This document shows, piece after piece, positions 14,241 through 21,527 of a stretch of DNA of 58,233 nucleotides. Positions within the stretch are counted from its first letter, which is position 1. Each line of letters opens with the position of its first letter. The DNA lies in the NCBI GenBank assembly GCA_964373915.1, contig CAYJWP010000004.1, forward strand, positions 1 to 58,233, written 5' to 3'. The notes below the pieces were generated by a model that had not been told where the DNA came from, did not search any database, and saw only the letters and a list, made by a program, of their open reading frames with translations. A program made the position numbers and the translations under genes. This DNA comes from an uncultured Candidatus Saccharibacteria bacterium (GTDB lineage Bacteria; Patescibacteriota; Minisyncoccia; UBA6257; UBA11618).

Positions 14241-15049
14241 AAATCATATATGTCCTCGGCTTAAGCCATAGCGGCTCCACCTTGCTGGATTTTTTATTGA
14301 GCCACCACAAAAAAGTAGTAGGCCTTGGAGAATCTTATTCCGTGTTAGAAAATAAATTCTCTAATGCGGAAGAGACAGAAAAAATATGCTCTTGCGGGAA
14401 AAATCTTTCTTCGTGCGATTTGTGGTCAAATTATCCACAAAATCAAAAAAAGAACGACAAACAAGCGGCTATAGCCAGCTATAAAAAAATTATAAATCTT
14501 GCCTTTTCTATTCCCGGAAAAGAAGTTGTGGTGGATTCCTCAAAAAAAATATGGTTACTGGAAGAGCTCTTGAAAATGCAAGCCGCCAAAGAATTGGATT
14601 TAAAAATAATCTTTCTTGTTAGAGAAGCCCGTAGCTGGTCAACCTCTTACATTGAAGGCGGCAGAAGGACCAACCAGTGGATAAAACCGCCGATCTTTCC
14701 TCTACATCGCTGGTATTTTGAGAACAGAAAAATAAAAAATTTTTTAGATAAAAATAAAATTCCTTACTTTCAAACAAGCTATAGTAGTATCTGTTTTGAA
14801 ACCGATGAAACTATTGGTAAAATATTAGACTTTGCCGGCCTGCCCAGAGAAGAATTTTATTGGGATAATAATCCCGACAGCCATATCGCCTATGGCAACC
14901 GTGCCAAATTCGACCTAATGGAGCACAAAAAAATATCTTACGACTCCCGCTGGATTCACCGCTACTGGCTTAATTTATTTTTTACCCTAATGCCTCATAT
15001 TTACCTGTGGAACAAAAAAAATGTCATTCTTCTTAGGTATAAAAAATAA
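14237..15049 (+). CDS. Sulfotransferase-family protein (PAPS-dependent, inferred)
   Basis: N-terminal P-loop-like 5'-PSB motif GLSHSGSTLL and downstream VREARSWSTS (3'-PB-like). 4-nt overlap with the flippase gene. Confidence 0.7.
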   Translation: MKIIYVLGLSHSGSTLLDFLLSHHKKVVGLGESYSVLENKFSNAEETEKICSCGKNLSSCDLWSNYPQNQKKNDKQAAIASYKKIINLAFSIPGKEVVVDSSKKIWLLEELLKMQAAKELDLKIIFLVREARSWSTSYIEGGRRTNQWIKPPIFPLHRWYFENRKIKNFLDKNKIPYFQTSYSSICFETDETIGKILDFAGLPREEFYWDNNPDSHIAYGNRAKFDLMEHKKISYDSRWIHRYWLNLFFTLMPHIYLWNKKNVILLRYKK

Positions 15050-15052
15050 CTT

Positions 15053-15799
15053 ATGAGCAAAGACTCATTTCCCCAAAATTATTTCAGAAGCGAAATTGAT
15101 AAATCGGTCCCGGATAAAAACTCCTTAGAGAAAACCGCTCCCCGCCGGCGGCGTTTTCTGGTTAATTTTATAAAAAATCTGCCACCCAACGCCCGAGTTC
15201 TAGACGCCGGCTGCGGCACCGCCAAGGGCCTGAAAATGGTTATGGCTTATCGGCCGGATATAGAGGCCGTTGGCTTGGATGTTAGCGACGTCAGCCGCTT
15301 CGTCCCTGATAAAGCAAAGTTTTTAATTGGCTCCATTGAGGAAGCCGACAAACTTTTCGCTGAAGATTCCTTTGACGCCGTCATCTGCCTCCACGTTATG
15401 GAACATCTGCTTTATCCCATGAAAACTATGGAATCTTTTAAAAAAATTATTAAAAACGACGGTCTGCTCTTTATAGAAGTCCCCAATTGGGCGAGAATCA
15501 TCAATCCTTTTGCTTATATGTTTTTTTGGAATGATTATACTCACGTCAGATTATTCACTAAACAGGCCATGTGCCGCCTCATGGAAGACTATTCTTTTGA
15601 GATAAAATTACTAAAAACAATTATGTCCAGCGCCATTATTGAAGAGACGGAAACCTTAGCCAACGCCAAAAAAATTTACCGCCATAAAAAAATGTCCCCC
15701 CAGGACTTCATAAAAAAAGCTTCACGTTTAATTATTAATCGTTTTATTAATCTATTTATCAGAGATCTGCTGATTGTTATTGCTAAAAATCAAAAATGA
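15053..15799 (+). CDS. Class I SAM-dependent methyltransferase
   Basis: Motif I VLDAGCGTAKG, and FDAVICLHVMEHLLYP. Confidence 0.8.
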   Translation: MSKDSFPQNYFRSEIDKSVPDKNSLEKTAPRRRRFLVNFIKNLPPNARVLDAGCGTAKGLKMVMAYRPDIEAVGLDVSDVSRFVPDKAKFLIGSIEEADKLFAEDSFDAVICLHVMEHLLYPMKTMESFKKIIKNDGLLFIEVPNWARIINPFAYMFFWNDYTHVRLFTKQAMCRLMEDYSFEIKLLKTIMSSAIIEETETLANAKKIYRHKKMSPQDFIKKASRLIINRFINLFIRDLLIVIAKNQK

Positions 15800-16839
15800 A
15801 AAACTATTTCTATTTCTACGGCGGGGGCATAGGCAGTTTTTTTTTAGCCCTTTTTCTGATAGAAAATATCAGGTTAAATTTTGGCAACGAATCGGCGAAA
15901 TTTTATATTGTTGTTCCAACTCAAAAAAATATCTGTGAAGAATTAGGGGTTTGTTATCCATATATTAAAATAATCCAATTAAATAGAAAAAATTTTTTTT
16001 ATCGGATATTTGCTCTTCTGCCAAAAATTTTCTCCGAAAATTATGCCATGATGGCTCCGTCCTTTGGTAAAGGAAAAAACAACGTCAAATTAGCCGCTAA
16101 AATCATAACCTTATTAAACCCCAGAAGCAGGCTTATCGGCTTTAACGATGGAGCTAGATTAAGCCAAATTATTTATAACAAGGTTATTAGCCAGAATTTT
16201 GAAAAAAATATTTTCCAAACGATAAAGGAAATGCTTTTTGCCCTTGATTTAAAAGACCTGAAAGCAAATCCGGATTTTAAATTTATTCATGACGAGTCTG
16301 TGCTCCATCGCTACAGCCTGACTGCCAATAAATATCTTATCATCCACCCCTTTGCCGCTAATCCCAAAAGAAGTTTGCCGCCCGAACGCTGGTCTTCTCT
16401 TATAAAATACCTGCTCCGTAATCACTCCGGCTACAAAATTATCCTAATCGGCGGACCTAAAGATTCCCTAAAAGCCAAAGAGATTGTTGAAGACCTGAAT
16501 CACTCATTAGTCATTAACATTTCCGGAAAAACAACTCTGCAGGAAGAGGCTAATTTAATTCATCACGCTCTAGGTTACATTGGCGTGGACACAGGCATTA
16601 CCCATCTCGCCAGTTTAGTCGGCAAAAACAGCGTTGTTTTTGGCAATCTTTCTAATCCTTGCTGGCTGCCCCATTACAACCCAAACGCCAAAATATTAAC
16701 CAACAGCCAAAACTGCTCTTGTCAAAAAGACAAATCGGGCGATTGTTCAATTGTCCACAACGGAGCTTCCTATTTCCGCTGTCTTTTTGATATTCCCCAA
16801 GAGGAGATAGAAATTGCGGCTTCTTCACTTTTCCATTGA
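15796..16839 (+). CDS. Glycosyltransferase family 9 (heptosyltransferase-like)
   Basis: IIHPFAANPKRSLPPERW, IILIGGPKD, SGKTTLQEEANLI and IGVDTGITHLAS follow the GT9 (WaaC/WaaF-like) C-terminal pattern. Confidence 0.75.
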   Translation: MKNYFYFYGGGIGSFFLALFLIENIRLNFGNESAKFYIVVPTQKNICEELGVCYPYIKIIQLNRKNFFYRIFALLPKIFSENYAMMAPSFGKGKNNVKLAAKIITLLNPRSRLIGFNDGARLSQIIYNKVISQNFEKNIFQTIKEMLFALDLKDLKANPDFKFIHDESVLHRYSLTANKYLIIHPFAANPKRSLPPERWSSLIKYLLRNHSGYKIILIGGPKDSLKAKEIVEDLNHSLVINISGKTTLQEEANLIHHALGYIGVDTGITHLASLVGKNSVVFGNLSNPCWLPHYNPNAKILTNSQNCSCQKDKSGDCSIVHNGASYFRCLFDIPQEEIEIAASSLFH

Positions 16840-18087
16840 GCTAGCCGTAATTTTCAGAGCTACAACATGAATCGCCGCGCCGAACCATTGGGAAATTACT
16901 CTGGATATCACCACTCCCAAAAATCCTAGCCAATACCAAAAAATAATGACCAGCATAATTTGGACTATAGGATAGGTTAAATTAAGAACTGAAACTGAAA
17001 AAATTTTTTTATGGGCAAAAAAGGCCGAATTGACAATTGACATCATTCCGCCGCTCACAATCACCAACGATGCTATTTGAGAGTAAAAAACCGACTCTTG
17101 ATACTGGGGAAATAATAAGCTAAATATTAGCGGCGCCGCCAAAATATAAACTCCGGCTAAAATAAAAGTTAAAGAAATCATAATTAAAAATTTTCTAGGC
17201 AAAGTGGAAGCAATTTCTCCAAATTGACGATCGCTGAATTTGGGCAGCGACAACTGGGAGTTAAGGCGCAACAAACTCCTGATTTTATCGGGAACAATAA
17301 AGGCAAAATTATATATAGCAAGCTGCGCCGCGCCTAAAAAATTAAAAATTATAATCTGGTCAATGTATTGGGCGACATCGGAAAGAATGTTTATAAAGCT
17401 TAATTGTTTTCCAAATTTTATGGCTGAAAAATCAATTTTGTGGTTGGGCTGGAATTTTCTCAAAGAGATAAAATACAGCGCCATTGAAACCAACGCTTGA
17501 GAAATAAAATAAGCCGAAACGATAATTAATGGATTACTGCTATAAAAAATAATTGCCAGTAAAATAACCGTCGGCACCAGTTTATACCAGACGCTGTAAA
17601 TAGCCGATGTTTTAAAATCCTTCCTGCCGACTGCTAGATGGCCGAAAAGTTTGCCGCTCTCTATAAAAGGGGTGGAAACGCCGATTAAAAAAAGAGATAA
17701 CGACAAAAAAATATCTCCTTGGATTAAATAATAAAAGCCAGCCGCTAAAGAAATGAAAAATGGGGCCGCTCCCCAAACTAATTTCGTTTTAAATCCAGCC
17801 ATGACCGTCCCTTCAAAGCCTTTGGCAACAGCCCGGATAATAGCATTACCCATTCCTGTCAGAGAAAAACCGGCTATCACGCCAGCTAAAGAAAGCGCGT
17901 AGCGGTAATTTCCATAAACCTCCTTGGACACAAGATGAGAAAAGCCGATGGTAAGCGCCAATCCTGCCAAAGAACTGGCAATTTGGCCAATAACCAGCCA
18001 AAAACCTCCTTTCGCTATATACCTTACATCAGTTTTTACAAACCTCTCCGTAACCTTGATTATCTTGCTTAAATCGCTATTTTCCAT
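16825..18087 (-). CDS. Second Wzx-like flippase (MOP superfamily)
   Basis: 420 aa, polytopic, with a polysaccharide-biosynthesis-protein-like N-terminus. Convergent 15-nt overlap with the GT9 gene. Confidence 0.7.
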   Translation of the reverse strand: MENSDLSKIIKVTERFVKTDVRYIAKGGFWLVIGQIASSLAGLALTIGFSHLVSKEVYGNYRYALSLAGVIAGFSLTGMGNAIIRAVAKGFEGTVMAGFKTKLVWGAAPFFISLAAGFYYLIQGDIFLSLSLFLIGVSTPFIESGKLFGHLAVGRKDFKTSAIYSVWYKLVPTVILLAIIFYSSNPLIIVSAYFISQALVSMALYFISLRKFQPNHKIDFSAIKFGKQLSFINILSDVAQYIDQIIIFNFLGAAQLAIYNFAFIVPDKIRSLLRLNSQLSLPKFSDRQFGEIASTLPRKFLIMISLTFILAGVYILAAPLIFSLLFPQYQESVFYSQIASLVIVSGGMMSIVNSAFFAHKKIFSVSVLNLTYPIVQIMLVIIFWYWLGFLGVVISRVISQWFGAAIHVVALKITASSMEK

Positions 18088-18115
18088 ATATTAATGGTAA
18101 CTCTATTACAAAACA

Positions 18116-19540
18116 TTGGAAAACTTAATAGAAAACTTAAAAGGCAGGAAAATAGGCGTTATCGGCGACTTAATGCTTGATGTTTTTATTGAGGGCGAAA
18201 GTTCTAGAATATCCCCAGAAGCTCCGGTGCCGATTGTGAATTTTATCGGGGAAACACTCATGCCCGGAGGAGCAGCTAACATAGCCGCCAATATAAAATC
18301 TCTGGGGGGGCAGGCTGTTATTTTCGGGATTATCGGCAATGATGTCGGTGGAGAACAACTTCTCAAACAATTGTCGGATTGCGGCTTAGCGACTGATTTT
18401 ATTACCACGGAAAACCAGCGCATCACCACAAAAAAAACCCGAATCCTTTCAAGCAACCATCATATCGTGCGTATTGACCGTGAGGAGATAATGCCGCCAT
18501 TAGCAGAAACAGAACTTCGCCACATAGACCTGATTAAAAAAGAAATGGCAAACTGGGAGGCGATTATCATCGCCGATTACGGCAAAGGCTATCTGACACA
18601 AAAGATGGCGGAAGAAATAATAAATAAAGCGCTTCTAGTGTCTTTGCCGGTAATTGTGGATGCCAAACCTCAACATGTGAACTGGTACAAAAACTGCACC
18701 TTAATCAAACCCAATAAAGAGGAGGCTCTATCTATTTCCCAAACTTCCAATATCAATGAAGCAGGAAAAATAATTCAAAAAAATCTCCAATCAAACGTTT
18801 TAATCACTCTTGGCAGAGAAGGAATGGTTTTATTTCATGAAGATCAAATCCGCGCTTGGCCATCATTTGCCAAAGAGATAGTGGATGTCTCAGGCTGCGG
18901 CGACACAGTAATAGCCGCCTGCGCCCTTGCCTTATCTGTTAAAGCAAGCCTCGCGGACGCCGCTTTTATTGCCAACACAGCCGCTGGAATTGCCGTCGGT
19001 AAAATCGGAACCTCAACAGTTTCTTTTCAGGAATTAGAAAAAGCAATCAAAAATACCAGCCGCCCTTTCATCGTCTCAACTAAGGAAGAATTACTTGATT
19101 GCGTTAAAAAAGCACGCCGGCGGGGAGAGAAAATAGTAATGACCAACGGCTGTTTTGATATCCTGCATGTTGGCCATATTAAAATACTGAGAGAAGCTAA
19201 AGCTCTAGGGGATCGTTTGATTGTCGCTCTTAATAGCGACCATTCCGTAAAAAGATTAAAAGGAAAAACAAGGCCCATCAATTCTCAAGAAAAAAGGGCG
19301 GAGATTTTGGCAGCGCTAAAATTCGTGGATTGGGTGACTATATTCAACGAAGACACTCCGGAAGAACTTATCAAAAGCGTTTCCCCGGATTTTCTGGTCA
19401 AAGGCGGCGATTACAAAGTGGAAGATATAGCCGGCAGCGACCATGTTAAAAAAACCGGGGGTAAGATTGTCCTTATACCTTTGGCATTAGAAGAAAGTTC
19501 CACTAAAATAATTGAGATATTAAAAAATAACCTTGAATAA
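18116..19540 (+). CDS. hldE: Bifunctional D-glycero-beta-D-manno-heptose-7-phosphate kinase / heptose-1-phosphate adenylyltransferase
   Basis: 474 aa. N-terminal PfkB/ribokinase-like half (GGAANIAANI, DVSGCGDT). C-terminal cytidylyltransferase half (TNGCFDILHVGHIKILREAKALGDRLIVALNSD). TTG start in the track. Confidence 0.85.
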   Translation: MENLIENLKGRKIGVIGDLMLDVFIEGESSRISPEAPVPIVNFIGETLMPGGAANIAANIKSLGGQAVIFGIIGNDVGGEQLLKQLSDCGLATDFITTENQRITTKKTRILSSNHHIVRIDREEIMPPLAETELRHIDLIKKEMANWEAIIIADYGKGYLTQKMAEEIINKALLVSLPVIVDAKPQHVNWYKNCTLIKPNKEEALSISQTSNINEAGKIIQKNLQSNVLITLGREGMVLFHEDQIRAWPSFAKEIVDVSGCGDTVIAACALALSVKASLADAAFIANTAAGIAVGKIGTSTVSFQELEKAIKNTSRPFIVSTKEELLDCVKKARRRGEKIVMTNGCFDILHVGHIKILREAKALGDRLIVALNSDHSVKRLKGKTRPINSQEKRAEILAALKFVDWVTIFNEDTPEELIKSVSPDFLVKGGDYKVEDIAGSDHVKKTGGKIVLIPLALEESSTKIIEILKNNLE

Positions 19541-20180
19541 ATTTATTTTTTTAATCCAGGAAATTGCCGGGGGGAAAACCATTTACCGTTCTTTTTTTAA
19601 TTATTATTTTTGGAAACACTGCCGCAATGCCACAGACCGCGTTATAGATTTAGCGTCGGGCAAACAACCAAGTTATTATAAATACCTTGATAATAATTTG
19701 AAATTAATCAGAGCCGACAACAACCCAGAATCAAAACCTGATGTTATTGTTGATTTAAATAATAAACTTCCTTTCCAAGATAGTGAATTTGAAAATGTCT
19801 TTCTTTTTAACATAATTTACATATTAGAAAATCCAGAAAAAACTTTTGAAGAGTGTTTTCGTATTTTAAAAAATAGCGGCTCCTTTTATTTAAGTTCGCC
19901 TTTTATTTTTAACGAAGCTAGAGAGCCCCATGATTATCAACGCTTTACCTCCGAGGGCCTGACTCGCCTGCTGATAAAAGCCGGTTTCAGCAATTATAAA
20001 ATCATTCCCATGGGGGAGAGATTCACCGCCGCCCTTTCGCTAATTCACAAATTTATTTTTTTCAGAATATTTCAACTGCCTTTTTTTGCTCTGGCGTTTT
20101 TTATGGATGGACTGGTGACTAAAAATATTAAAACCAACCATCCCTGTCCTTTGGGTTATTTTTGTGTTGCTAAGAAATAA
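19533..20180 (+). CDS. Class I SAM-dependent methyltransferase (Methyltransf_11-like)
   Basis: Contains VIDLASGKQ, FENVFLFNIIYILENP and LKNSGSFYL. The TTG start overlaps the hldE stop. Confidence 0.65.
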   Translation: MNKFIFLIQEIAGGKTIYRSFFNYYFWKHCRNATDRVIDLASGKQPSYYKYLDNNLKLIRADNNPESKPDVIVDLNNKLPFQDSEFENVFLFNIIYILENPEKTFEECFRILKNSGSFYLSSPFIFNEAREPHDYQRFTSEGLTRLLIKAGFSNYKIIPMGERFTAALSLIHKFIFFRIFQLPFFALAFFMDGLVTKNIKTNHPCPLGYFCVAKK

Positions 20181-20817
20181 TTTTAGCTCTAACAACGAAA
20201 GAAAGGGCAAATAAAGCAGGCCACCACTTAGCAAGTAATTTAAATAATTTGCCCGCAACAAAAATATTTTCTTTATAAGAATTAATTCTAACGTCAACTG
20301 ATGCCAAACCGTTTTCTTTTAGCATCTTGTTTAAAATATTATGGTTAAACCAATAAATATGGCCTTTTTTAGGAATATTGTTTTCCGGCGCTCTACCCAG
20401 TAGCATCTGAAGCCGAGCTGAAAGTGAATTAAAATTAGGAACACTAATCACAACATACTCTTTGGAAATTCTAACCATTTCTTTTAATAGATTTTCTGGA
20501 AAATAAAGATGCTCCAGAACGTCAAGAGCAACTACATATTGAAAAGTTTTATTCCTAAAAGGCAAAGGAGTTTTAGTCAGATCGTAAAGTTTTATTTCAA
20601 TGCCTTTAGTCCGGCATTTTTCTGCCGCCGCTTCGGAAAAATCAACGCCGACGCCAATAATTCCCTTTTCTTCAAGTTTTTCTAAAAGAAAACCATCGCC
20701 ACAACCCAAATCCAGCACCTCTCCGCTATCAATTAACTCCAGAGCTTTCCGATGCATAAAATTAAGCCCCTGATTTTTCTTCTCCCATCTTTTATTTTCA
20801 AATTTAACGTTTTCCAT
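20170..20817 (-). CDS. Class I SAM-dependent methyltransferase
   Basis: Contains VLDLGCGDGFLL, GVDFS and FQYVVALDVLEHLYFP. Confidence 0.8.
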   Translation of the reverse strand: MENVKFENKRWEKKNQGLNFMHRKALELIDSGEVLDLGCGDGFLLEKLEEKGIIGVGVDFSEAAAEKCRTKGIEIKLYDLTKTPLPFRNKTFQYVVALDVLEHLYFPENLLKEMVRISKEYVVISVPNFNSLSARLQMLLGRAPENNIPKKGHIYWFNHNILNKMLKENGLASVDVRINSYKENIFVAGKLFKLLAKWWPALFALSFVVRAKIIS

Positions 20818-20819
20818 AA

Positions 20820-21527
20820 TTATTTTTTCCAGTAGTTAAATTTTTGTTTGCCTATTTTAACTATTCCCTTGAATTGGCCAAAATCAACTCCAGCGTCAAT
20901 GGAATTGCGAGGAATTAAAAAAGTATCGGTTATAGAATTGACTGCTCCGGGCTTATTGCCATAGCCAAATTTATAATATTTCTTAGTTATCAATTTTACA
21001 CGTTCATCACAATCTCCATGAGGATAAGCCACTGAATCAACCTCTGCGCCTAATATATTCTCCAGCAACTCTTTAGAAGTCTTTAGTTCATTTTCTATCT
21101 CCTCCTCATTAAGTTGAGACAACCGACGATGATGATGGCCATGCGAACCGAATTTAACTAAACCGCTAGCAAGCATCTCTTTAATTTCTTGTTCGGATAA
21201 CATCTCCATTTCTAAACCCTCTTTTGTGGTCACGCTCTTTCCGATGTTAGCTGTATTAATAAAAATAATAGCCGGCACATTAAACTTTTTTAAAATAGGA
21301 TAGGCATTTCGGTAGTTATCTCTAAAGCCATCATCAAAAGTCACAGTAATATTTTTTAATCCTCCCCAACTTATATATTCTATCTGCTTTGCAAATTCCG
21401 CCGGCTTAACGGTAGAAAATTTATCATTCTCCCCCACCGAGTGGTACATTAAAACAACCCTTTTCTCCGAGGTAAAAATGAGCGCTATTTTATAAAACAG
21501 ATTTTTTAAAAAGTTCTTCATAATCAT
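20820..21527 (-). CDS. Polysaccharide deacetylase (NodB homology domain)
   Basis: TFDDGFRDNY, PAIIFINT and GSHGHHH are the NodB motifs. Confidence 0.75.
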   Translation of the reverse strand: MIMKNFLKNLFYKIALIFTSEKRVVLMYHSVGENDKFSTVKPAEFAKQIEYISWGGLKNITVTFDDGFRDNYRNAYPILKKFNVPAIIFINTANIGKSVTTKEGLEMEMLSEQEIKEMLASGLVKFGSHGHHHRRLSQLNEEEIENELKTSKELLENILGAEVDSVAYPHGDCDERVKLITKKYYKFGYGNKPGAVNSITDTFLIPRNSIDAGVDFGQFKGIVKIGKQKFNYWKK

